Shown in pieces: positions 11,628 through 19,398 of a DNA stretch of 23,092 nucleotides. This DNA comes from a virus. Its lineage: Duplodnaviria > Heunggongvirae > Uroviricota > Caudoviricetes. Location: IMG/VR virus record IMGVR_UViG_2681813271_000002, one strand, 5' to 3'. Within the stretch, counting starts at the first letter, position 1; the number at the start of each line of letters is the position of its first letter. Made by a program: the position numbers and the translations under genes. Under the pieces are notes generated by a model that was given only the letters and a program-made list of their open reading frames with translations, was not told where the DNA came from and did no database searches.

Positions 11628-14181
11628 ACCGGTAGGCGATCTGGTCGTTGATTTGAGTCTGGATGCGGCCAGATTTGACGAGCAGATGGCCAGAGTCAGG
11701 CGTCATTTTTCCGGTACGGAAAGTGATGCGAAAAAAACAGCGGCAGTCGTTGAACAGTCGCTGAGCCGACAGGCGCTGGCTGCACAGAAAGCGGGGATTT
11801 CCGTCGGGCAGTATAAAGCCGCCATGCGTATGCTGCCTGCACAGTTCAACGACGTGGCCACGCAGCTTGCAGGGGGGCAGAATCCCTGGCTGATCCTGCT
11901 GCAACAGGGTGGTCAGGTTAAGGACTCCTTCGGCGGGATGATCCCCATGTTCAGGGGGCTTGCCGGCGCGATCACCCTGCCGATGGTGGGGGCCACCTCG
12001 CTGGCGGTGGCGACCGGTGCGCTGGCGTATGCCTGGTATCAGGGCAACTCAACCCTGTCCGATTTCAACAAAACGCTGGTCCTTTCCGGTAATCAGGCGG
12101 GACTGACGGCAGATCGTATGCTGGTCCTGTCCAGAGCCGGGCAGGCGGCAGGGCTGACGTTTAACCAGACCAGCGAGTCACTCAGCGCACTGGTTAAGGC
12201 GGGGGTAAGCGGTGAGGCTCAGATTGCGTCCATCAGCCAGAGTGTGGCGCGTTTCTCCTCTGCATCCGGCGTGGAGGTGGACAAGGTCGCTGAAGCCTTC
12301 GGGAAGCTGACCACAGACCCGACGTCGGGGCTGACGGCGATGGCACGCCAGTTCCATAACGTGACGGCGGAGCAGATTGCGTATGTTGCTCAGTTGCAGC
12401 GTTCCGGCGATGAAGCCGGGGCATTGCAGGCGGCGAACGAGGCCGCAACGAAAGGGTTTGATGACCAGACCCGCCGCCTGAAAGAGAACATGGGCACGCT
12501 GGAGACCTGGGCAGACAGGACTGCACGTGCATTCAAATCCATGTGGGATGCGGTGCTGGATATTGGTCGTCCTGATACCGCGCAGGAGATGCTGATTAAG
12601 GCAGAGGCTGCGTTTAAGAAAGCAGACGACATCTGGAATCTGCGCAAGGATGATTATTTCGTTAACGATGAAGCACGGGCGCGTTACTGGGATGATCGTG
12701 AAAAAAAACGCCTGGAGCGGGATGCAGCCCAAAAGAGGGTAGATCAACAGCGTCAACAGGACAAAAATGCGCAGCAGCAGAGCGATACCGAAGCGTCACG
12801 GCTGAAATATACCGAAGAGGCGCAGAAGGCTTACGAACGGCTGCAGACGCCGCTGGAGAAATATACCGCCCGTCAGGAAGAACTGAACAAGGCACTGAAA
12901 GACGGAAAAATCCTGCAGGCAGATTACAACACGCTGATGGCGGCGGCGAAAAAGGATTATGAAGCGACGCTGAAAAAGCCGAAACAGTCCGGCGTGAAGG
13001 TGTATGCGGGCGATCGTCAGGAAGACAGTGCTCATGCGGCCCTGCTGACGCTTCAGGCAGAACTCCGGACGCTGGAGAAGCATGCCGGAGCGAATGAGAA
13101 AATCAGCCAGCAGCGCCGGGATTTGTGGAAGGCAGAAAGTCAGTTCGCGGTACTGGAGGAGGCGGCACAACGTCGCCAGCTGTCCGCACAGGAGAAATCC
13201 CTGCTGGCGCATAAAGACGAGACGCTGGAGTACAAACGCCAGCTGGCTGCACTTGGTGACAAGGTTACGTATCAGGAGCACCTGAATGCGCTGGCGCAGC
13301 AGGCGGATAAATTCGCACAGCAGCAACGGGCAAAACGGGCAGCCATTGATGCGAAAAACCGGGGGCTGACTGACCGGCAGGCAGCGCGGGAAGCCACGGA
13401 ACAGCGCCTGAAGGAACAGTATGGCGATAATCCTCTGGCGCTGAATAACGTCATGTCAGAGCAGAAAAAGACCTGGGCGGCTGAAGACCAGCTTCGCGGG
13501 AGCTGGATGGCAGGCCTGAAGTCCGGCTGGAGTGAGTGGGAAGAGAGCGCCACGGACAGTATGTCACAGGTTAAAAGTGCAGCCACGCAGACCTTTGATG
13601 GTATTGCACAGAATATGGCGGCGATGCTGACCGGCAGTGAACAGAACTGGCGCAGCTTCACCCGCTCCGTGCTGTCCATGATGACAGAAATTCTGCTTAA
13701 GCAGGCAATGGTGGGGATTGTCGGGAGTATCGGCAGCGCCATTGGCGGGGCTGTTGGTGGCGGCGCATCCGCGTCAGGTGGTACAGCCATTCAGGCCGCT
13801 GCGGCGAAATTCCATTTTGCAACCGGGGGATTTACGGGAACCGGCGGCAAATATGAGCCAGCGGGGATTGTTCACCGTGGTGAATTTGTCTTCACGAAGG
13901 AGGCAACCAGCCGGATTGGCGTGGGGAATCTCTACCGGCTGATGCGCGGCTATGCGGAAGGTGGTTATGTGGGCGGTGCCGGAAGTCCGGCGCAGATGCG
14001 GCGGGCTGAAGGCATTAATTTTAATCAGAACAATCACGTGGTGATTCAGAACGACGGTACGAATGGTCTGCCAGGTCCACAGATGATGAAGGCCGTGTAT
14101 GACATGGCCCGCAAGGGGGCACAGGATGAACTCCGGCTGCAGTTGCGTGATGGCGGTATGTTATCAGGGAGCGGTGGATGA
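11620..14181 (+). CDS. H: tail tape measure protein H
   Basis: 853-aa ORF (the lambda gpH length) with a long helical/charged central region and a Gly-rich C-terminal segment. Position between GT and M; start overlaps the end of T. Confidence 0.95.
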   Translation: MAEPVGDLVVDLSLDAARFDEQMARVRRHFSGTESDAKKTAAVVEQSLSRQALAAQKAGISVGQYKAAMRMLPAQFNDVATQLAGGQNPWLILLQQGGQVKDSFGGMIPMFRGLAGAITLPMVGATSLAVATGALAYAWYQGNSTLSDFNKTLVLSGNQAGLTADRMLVLSRAGQAAGLTFNQTSESLSALVKAGVSGEAQIASISQSVARFSSASGVEVDKVAEAFGKLTTDPTSGLTAMARQFHNVTAEQIAYVAQLQRSGDEAGALQAANEAATKGFDDQTRRLKENMGTLETWADRTARAFKSMWDAVLDIGRPDTAQEMLIKAEAAFKKADDIWNLRKDDYFVNDEARARYWDDREKKRLERDAAQKRVDQQRQQDKNAQQQSDTEASRLKYTEEAQKAYERLQTPLEKYTARQEELNKALKDGKILQADYNTLMAAAKKDYEATLKKPKQSGVKVYAGDRQEDSAHAALLTLQAELRTLEKHAGANEKISQQRRDLWKAESQFAVLEEAAQRRQLSAQEKSLLAHKDETLEYKRQLAALGDKVTYQEHLNALAQQADKFAQQQRAKRAAIDAKNRGLTDRQAAREATEQRLKEQYGDNPLALNNVMSEQKKTWAAEDQLRGSWMAGLKSGWSEWEESATDSMSQVKSAATQTFDGIAQNMAAMLTGSEQNWRSFTRSVLSMMTEILLKQAMVGIVGSIGSAIGGAVGGGASASGGTAIQAAAAKFHFATGGFTGTGGKYEPAGIVHRGEFVFTKEATSRIGVGNLYRLMRGYAEGGYVGGAGSPAQMRRAEGINFNQNNHVVIQNDGTNGLPGPQMMKAVYDMARKGAQDELRLQLRDGGMLSGSGG

Positions 14182-14507
14182 AAACCTTTCGCTGGAAAGT
14201 GAAGCCGGATATGGAGGTGAACTCGCAGCCATCGGTGCGTGAAGTGCGTTTTGGTGACGGGTACTCACAGCGTATGGCGGCAGGGCTGAATGCTGACCTG
14301 AAAACATACAGGGTGACGCTTTCCGTGACCCGGGAGGAGGCCCGGCATCTGGAAGCGTTCCTGGCAGAGCACGGTGGCTGGAAGGCATTTTTGTGGAAGC
14401 CACCCTATGCATACCGGCAGATAAAGGTGACCTGTGCCGGGTGGTCTGCGCGGGTCGGGATGTTGCGCGTTGAGTTCAGCGCGGAGTTTAAGCAGGTGGT
14501 GAACTGA
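14178..14507 (+). CDS. M: tail tip protein M, copy 1 (diverged)
   Basis: 109-aa ORF MKTFRWKVKPDMEVNSQPSVREVRFGDGYSQRMAAGLNADLKTYRVTLSV…. ATGA overlap with the H stop. About 82% identical to the visible part of copy 2. Confidence 0.9.
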   Translation: MKTFRWKVKPDMEVNSQPSVREVRFGDGYSQRMAAGLNADLKTYRVTLSVTREEARHLEAFLAEHGGWKAFLWKPPYAYRQIKVTCAGWSARVGMLRVEFSAEFKQVVN

Positions 14508-15205
14508 TGCAGGATATTCGCGAAGAAAGTCTGAACGAGTCGGTTAAGTCAGAGCAGTCACCGCGGGTGGTACTCTGGGAAATCGACCTGACGGTACAGG
14601 GTGGTGAGCGGTATTTTTTCTGTAATGAGCTGAATGAAAAAGGGGAGCCGGTCACCTGGCAGGGGCGTAAGTATGAGGCATACCCGATTGACGGCAGCGG
14701 CTTTGAGATGAACGGCCGGGGCAGCAGTGCCAGACCGTCGCTGACGGTGTCCAATCTGTTCGGTCTGGTCACCGGGATGGCGGAAGACCTGCAGAGTCTG
14801 GTGGGGGCCACGGTGGTCCGCCGCCGGGTGTATGCCCGTTTTCTGGATGCGGTGAATTTCGTTGCGGGCAATCCGGAGGCGGACCCGGAGCAGGAGCTGA
14901 GTGACCGCTGGGTGGTGGAGCAGATGTCGCAGCTGACAGCCATGACGGCCTCGTTTGTGCTGGCTACACCGACCGAGACGGACGGGGCGCTGTTTCCCGG
15001 TCGCATCATGCTGGCGAACACCTGTATGTGGGATTACCGGGGAGATGAATGCGGGTATAACGGTCCTGCGGTGGCGGATGAGTTCGACAACCCCACCACG
15101 GATATCCGTAAGGACAGATGCAGCAAGTGCATGCGCGGGTGTGAACTGCGCAGGAATGTCGGCAATTTTGGCGGTTTCCTTTCCATTAATAAACTTTCGC
15201 AGTAA
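14507..15205 (+). CDS. L: tail tip assembly protein L, copy 1 (diverged; C-terminal Cys cluster conserved)
   Basis: 232-aa ORF; TGATG overlap with M. Cysteines in …NTCMW…DECGY…RCSKCMRGCE… are conserved with copy 2. About 77% identical to copy 2 by hand count. Confidence 0.9.
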   Translation: MQDIREESLNESVKSEQSPRVVLWEIDLTVQGGERYFFCNELNEKGEPVTWQGRKYEAYPIDGSGFEMNGRGSSARPSLTVSNLFGLVTGMAEDLQSLVGATVVRRRVYARFLDAVNFVAGNPEADPEQELSDRWVVEQMSQLTAMTASFVLATPTETDGALFPGRIMLANTCMWDYRGDECGYNGPAVADEFDNPTTDIRKDRCSKCMRGCELRRNVGNFGGFLSINKLSQ

Positions 15206-15215
15206 ATCCCGGTTT

Positions 15216-15959
15216 ATGACACAGACTGAATCAGCGATTCTGGCACATGCCCGGCGGTGTGCGCCTGCGGAGTCGTGCGGCTTCGTGATAAGCACGCCGG
15301 AGGGGGAGCGGTATATCCCTTGTGTGAATATTTCCGCAGAGCCGGAGGCGTATTTTCGTATCGCACCGGAAGACTGGCTGCGGGCAGAGATGCAGGGGGA
15401 GATTGTGGCACTGGTCCACAGTCATCCCGGTGGGCTGCCCTGGCTGAGCGAGGCTGACCGGCGGTTGCAGATAAAAAGCGCACTGCCCTGGTGGTTGGTC
15501 TGCCGGGGTGACATTCACAAATTCCGCTGTGTGCCACATCTGACAGGACGGCGCTTTGAGCACGGGGTGACGGACTGTTACACGCTGTTCCGGGATGCTT
15601 ATCATCTGGCGGGGACTGAAATGCCGGATTTTCATCGCGAGGATGACTGGTGGCGCAACGGTCAGAACCTTTACCTGGACAATATGGCGGTCACCGGCTT
15701 TTACCGGGTGCCCCTGTCCTCTGCACAGGCGGGCGATATTCTGCTGTGCTGCTTTGGTGCTTCGGTACCGAACCATGCCGCCATTTACTGCGGCAACGGT
15801 GAGCTGCTTCACCATCTGCCTGAACAACTGAGTAAACGGGAGAGGTATTCCGAAAAATGGCAACGACGAACGCATTCAGTCTGGCGTCACCGCCACTGGC
15901 ACGCATCTGCCTTCACGGGGATTTACAACGATTTGGCCGCCGCCTCAGCCTGTATGTGA
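15216..15959 (+). CDS. K: tail tip assembly protein K, copy 1 (JAMM/MPN domain plus NlpC/P60 domain)
   Basis: The track ORF 14955-15959 starts inside L; the K-homologous sequence begins at ATG 15216 (MTQTESAILAHARRCAPAESCGF…), giving 247 aa. Contains HSHPGGLPWLSEAD (HxH-x7-S-x2-D JAMM motif) and a downstream Cys/His pair typical of NlpC/P60. About 88% identical to copy 2. Confidence 0.88.
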   Translation: MTQTESAILAHARRCAPAESCGFVISTPEGERYIPCVNISAEPEAYFRIAPEDWLRAEMQGEIVALVHSHPGGLPWLSEADRRLQIKSALPWWLVCRGDIHKFRCVPHLTGRRFEHGVTDCYTLFRDAYHLAGTEMPDFHREDDWWRNGQNLYLDNMAVTGFYRVPLSSAQAGDILLCCFGASVPNHAAIYCGNGELLHHLPEQLSKRERYSEKWQRRTHSVWRHRHWHASAFTGIYNDLAAASACM

Positions 15960-16416
15960 ACACGGCAGCGGAAGCCATTCGCGCCCTGTCGATGCAGATG
16001 CCGGGCTTTCGCCGTCAGATGAACGAAGGCTGGTACCAGATACGTATTGCCGGTTATGACACGGCACCGGAGGCGGTGTACGCCCGTCTTCACGAACAGC
16101 TGGGTGAGGGAACGGTCATCCACATTGTGCCGCGACTGGCCGGGGCCGGAAAGGGTGGACTGCAGATTGTGCTGGGGGCGGCAGCCATCGTGGGCTCTTT
16201 CTTCACTGCCGGGGCATCAATGGCGTTATGGGGTTCAGCCCTGGCAGCCGGTGGTTTTTCTGCCACCACGATGCTGTTTTCACTTGGAGCCAGCATGATT
16301 CTGGGCGGTGTGGCCCAGATGCTGGCCCCGAAGGCAAAAACACCGGATTACCGCGCAACGGATAACGGCAGACAGAACACGTACTTTTCCTCACTGGATA
16401 ACATGATTGCCCAGGG
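15857..16416 (+). CDS. I: tail tip assembly protein I, copy 1 (diverged); 3' end lost in N-run
   Basis: Starts at 15857 in a different frame overlapping the K 3' end by 103 nt, exactly as in copy 2. Encodes MATTNAFSLASPPLARICLHGDLQRFGRR…FSLGASMILGGVAQMLAPKAKTP… (first 187 aa visible). About 68% identical to copy 2. Confidence 0.85.
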
Positions 16417-17050
16417 NNNNNNNNNNNNNNNNNNNNNNNNNNNNNNNNNNNNNNNNNNNNNNNNNNNNNNNNNNNNNNNNNNNNNNNNNNNNNNNNNNNN
16501 NNNNNNNNNNNNNNNNNNNNNNNNNNNNNNNNNNNNNNNNNNNNNNNNNNNNNNNNNNNNNNNNNNNNNNNNNNNNNNNNNNNNNNNNNNNNNNNNNNNN
16601 NNNNNNNNNNNNNNNNNNNNNNNNNNNNNNNNNNNNNNNNNNNNNNNNNNNNNNNNNNNNNNNNNNNNNNNNNNNNNNNNNNNNNNNNNNNNNNNNNNNN
16701 NNNNNNNNNNNNNNNNNNNNNNNNNNNNNNNNNNNNNNNNNNNNNNNNNNNNNNNNNNNNNNNNNNNNNNNNNNNNNNNNNNNNNNNNNNNNNNNNNNNN
16801 NNNNNNNNNNNNNNNNNNNNNNNNNNNNNNNNNNNNNNNNNNNNNNNNNNNNNNNNNNNNNNNNNNNNNNNNNNNNNNNNNNNNNNNNNNNNNNNNNNNN
16901 NNNNNNNNNNNNNNNNNNNNNNNNNNNNNNNNNNNNNNNNNNNNNNNNNNNNNNNNNNNNNNNNNNNNNNNNNNNNNNNNNNNNNNNNNNNNNNNNNNNN
17001 NNNNNNNNNNNNNNNNNNNNNNNNNNNNNNNNNNNNNNNNNNNNNNNNNN
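16417..17050. other. N-run (634 nt) at the junction between the two M-L-K-I copies
   Basis: Run of n. Must contain the last ~36 codons of I copy 1 and the first ~20 codons of M copy 2; if the length is real, more than 400 nt of content is unknown. Confidence 1.
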
Positions 17051-17322
17051 TAAGAAAGGTGCGCTTTGGTGATGGCTATTCCCAGCGAGCGCCTGCCGGG
17101 CTGAATGCCAACCTGAAAACGTACAGCGTGACGCTTTCTGTCCCCCGTGAGGAGGCCATGGTACTGGAGTCGTTTCTGGAAGAGCACGGGGGCTGGAAAG
17201 CCTTTCTGTGGACGCCGCCTTATGAGTGGCGGCAGATAAAGGTGACCTGCGCAAAATGGTCGTCGCGGGTCAGTATGCTGCGTGTTGAGTTCAGCGCAGA
17301 GTTTGAACAGGTGGTGAACTGA
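17051..17322 (+). CDS. M: tail tip protein M, copy 2 (lambda-type); 5' end lost in N-run
   Basis: In-frame from the gap edge: (R)KVRFGDGYSQRAPAGLNANLKTYSVTLSVPREEAMVLESFLEEHGGWKAFLWTPPYEWRQIKVTCAKWSSRVSMLRVEFSAEFEQVVN, i.e. the C-terminal ~89 residues of an M homologue. Truncated by the gap, not a pseudogene call. Confidence 0.85.
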
Positions 17323-18020
17323 TGCAGGATATCCGGCAGGAAACACTGAATGAATGCACCCGTGCGGAGCAGTCGGCCAGCGTGGTGCTCTGGGAAATCG
17401 ATCTGACAGAGGTCGGTGGAGAACGTTATTTTTTCTGTAATGAGCAGAACGAAAAAGGTGAGCCGGTCACCTGGCAGGGGCGACAGTATCAGCCGTATCC
17501 CATTCAGGGGAGTGGTTTTGAACTGAATGGCAAAGGCACCAGTACGCGCCCCACGCTGATGGTTTCTAACCTGTACGGTATGGTCACCGGGATGGCGGAA
17601 GATCTACAGAGTCTGGTCGGCGGAACGGTGGTCCGGCGTAAGGTTTACGCCCGTTTTCTGGATGCGGTGAACTTCGTCAACGGAAACAGTGACGCCGATC
17701 CGGAGCAGGAGGTGATCAGCCGCTGGCGCATTGAGCAGTGCAGCGAACTGAGCGCGGTGAGTGCCTCTTTTGTACTGTCCACGCCGACGGAAACAGATGG
17801 CGCTGTTTTTCCGGGACGTATCATGCTGGCCAACACCTGCACCTGGACCTATCGCGGCGATGAGTGCGGTTATCACGGTCCGGCGGTCGCGGATGAATAT
17901 GACCAGCCAACGTCCGACATCACGAAGGATAAATGCAGCAAATGCCTGAGTGGCTGTAAGTTTCGCAATAACGTCGGCAACTTTGGCGGCTTCCTTTCCA
18001 TTAACAAACTTTCGCAGTAA
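17322..18020 (+). CDS. L: tail tip assembly protein L, copy 2
   Basis: 232-aa ORF MQDIRQETLNECTRAEQSASVVLWEIDLTEVGGERYFFCNEQNEKGEPVTWQGRQYQPYPIQGSGFELNGKG…; TGATG overlap with M copy 2; same Cys cluster as copy 1. Confidence 0.93.
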   Translation: MQDIRQETLNECTRAEQSASVVLWEIDLTEVGGERYFFCNEQNEKGEPVTWQGRQYQPYPIQGSGFELNGKGTSTRPTLMVSNLYGMVTGMAEDLQSLVGGTVVRRKVYARFLDAVNFVNGNSDADPEQEVISRWRIEQCSELSAVSASFVLSTPTETDGAVFPGRIMLANTCTWTYRGDECGYHGPAVADEYDQPTSDITKDKCSKCLSGCKFRNNVGNFGGFLSINKLSQ

Positions 18021-18025
18021 ATCCC

Positions 18026-18769
18026 ATGACAGAGACAGAATCAGCGATTCTGGCGCACGCCCGGCGATGTGCTCCAGCGGAGTCGTGCGGCTTCGTGGTA
18101 AGAACGCCGGAGGGGGAAAGATATTTCCCCTGCGTGAATATCTCCGGTGAGCCGGAGGCGTATTTCCGTATGTCGCCGGAAGACTGGCTGCAGGCAGAGA
18201 TGCAGGGTGAGATTGTGGCACTGGTCCACAGCCACCCCGGTGGTCTGCCCTGGCTGAGTGAGGCCGACCGGCGGCTGCAGGTGCAGAGTGATTTGCCGTG
18301 GTGGCTGGTCTGCCGGGGGGCGATTCACAAGTTCCGCTGTGTGCCACATCTTACCGGGCGGCGCTTTGAGCACGGGGTGACGGACTGTTACACGCTGTTC
18401 CGGGATGCTTACCATCTGGCGGGGATTGAGATGCCGGATTTTCATCGTGAGGATGACTGGTGGCGTCACGGTCAGAATCTCTATCTGGATAATCTGGAGG
18501 CCACAGGGCTGTATCAGGTGCCGTTGTCAGCGGCGCAGCCGGGCGATGTGCTGCTGTGCTGTTTTGGTTCATCGGTGCCGAATCATGCCGCCATTTACTG
18601 TGGTGACGGCGAGCTGCTGCACCATATTCCTGAACAACTGAGCAAACGAGAGAGGTATACCGACAAATGGCAGCGACGCACACACTCCCTCTGGCGTCAC
18701 CGGGCATGGCACGCATCTGCCTTTACGGGGATTTGCAACGATTTGGCCGCCGCATCGACCTTCGTGTGA
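18026..18769 (+). CDS. K: tail tip assembly protein K, copy 2 (JAMM/MPN plus NlpC/P60)
   Basis: 247-aa ORF MTETESAILAHARRCAPAESCGFVVRTPEGERYFPCVNISGEPEAYFRMSPEDW…HSHPGGLPWLSEAD…. The internal Met49 corresponds to the classically annotated 199-aa lambda K start. Confidence 0.92.
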   Translation: MTETESAILAHARRCAPAESCGFVVRTPEGERYFPCVNISGEPEAYFRMSPEDWLQAEMQGEIVALVHSHPGGLPWLSEADRRLQVQSDLPWWLVCRGAIHKFRCVPHLTGRRFEHGVTDCYTLFRDAYHLAGIEMPDFHREDDWWRHGQNLYLDNLEATGLYQVPLSAAQPGDVLLCCFGSSVPNHAAIYCGDGELLHHIPEQLSKRERYTDKWQRRTHSLWRHRAWHASAFTGICNDLAAASTFV

Positions 18770-19338
18770 AAACGGGTGCCGAAGCCATCCGGGCGATGGC
18801 CACACAGCTCCCTGCGTTTCGTCAGAAGCTGAGCGACGGCTGGTATCAGGTGCGTATTGCCGGGCAGGATGTTAGCACGTCCGGATTAACGGCGCAGTTA
18901 CATGAGGCTCTGCCTGACGGCGCTGTGATTCATATTGTTCCCAGAGTCGCCGGGGCCAAGTCAGGTGGTGTATTCCAGATTGTCCTGGGAGCAGCCGCCA
19001 TTGCCGGATCATTCTTTACCGCCGGAGCCACCCTTGCAGCATGGGGGGCTGCCATTGGTGCCGGTGGTATGACCGGCATTCTGTTTTCTCTCGGTGCCAG
19101 TATGGTGCTCGGCGGTGTGGCTCAGATGCTGGCACCGAAAGCCAGAACTCCCCGCACACAGACAACGGATAACGGTAAGCAGAACATCTATTTCTCCTCA
19201 CTGGATAACATGGTTGCCCAGGGCAATGTTATGCCTGTTCTGTATGGTGAAATGCGCGTGGGGTCACGTGTGGTATCTCAGGAGATCAGCACGGCAGACG
19301 AAGGGGACGGTGGTCAGGTTGTGGTGATTGGTCGCTGA
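18667..19338 (+). CDS. I: tail tip assembly protein I, copy 2
   Basis: 223-aa ORF MAATHTLPLASPGMARICLYGDLQRFGRRIDLRVKTGAEAIRAMATQLPAFRQKLSDGWYQVRIAG…GQVVVIGR, matching lambda gpI. Overlaps the K 3' end in another frame. Confidence 0.93.
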   Translation: MAATHTLPLASPGMARICLYGDLQRFGRRIDLRVKTGAEAIRAMATQLPAFRQKLSDGWYQVRIAGQDVSTSGLTAQLHEALPDGAVIHIVPRVAGAKSGGVFQIVLGAAAIAGSFFTAGATLAAWGAAIGAGGMTGILFSLGASMVLGGVAQMLAPKARTPRTQTTDNGKQNIYFSSLDNMVAQGNVMPVLYGEMRVGSRVVSQEISTADEGDGGQVVVIGR

Positions 19339-19398
19339 TGCAAAATGTTTTATGTGAAATCGCCTCCGGGCGGTTTTATCGTTTATGGAGCATGACGA

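Larger units (their letters stand above)
14178..19338 (+). repeat. tandem, diverged duplication of the M-L-K-I tail-tip module (copy 1 at 14178 to ~16528, copy 2 at ~16990 to 19338; junction unresolved)
   Basis: Two collinear sets of M, L, K and I homologues with identical gene lengths and overlaps. Pairwise protein identity is roughly 68-88% and nucleotide identity roughly 80%, both by hand alignment. Confidence 0.8.

Noticed and set aside
12178-13790. Several 99-192-aa minus-strand ORFs inside H (12178-12756, 12796-13326, 13272-13790)
   Set aside because: Antisense to a confidently assigned, repetitive, GC-rich tape-measure gene; low-complexity translations; no ribosome-binding sites.
14955-15215. 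Upstream extension of the K copy 1 ORF in the track (starts inside L)
   Set aside because: The extension overlaps L in another frame and has no similarity to K; K-homologous sequence begins at ATG 15216, matching copy 2.
14558-15295. 245-aa minus-strand ORF antisense to L copy 1, and its counterpart 17604-18347 antisense to L copy 2
   Set aside because: Both fall in the antisense frame of L. Their presence in both copies reflects conserved codon usage of L rather than a conserved second gene.
17051-17322. Calling M copy 2 a 5'-truncated pseudogene
   Set aside because: The reading frame is open right up to the N-run edge, so the truncation comes from the gap, not from the gene.
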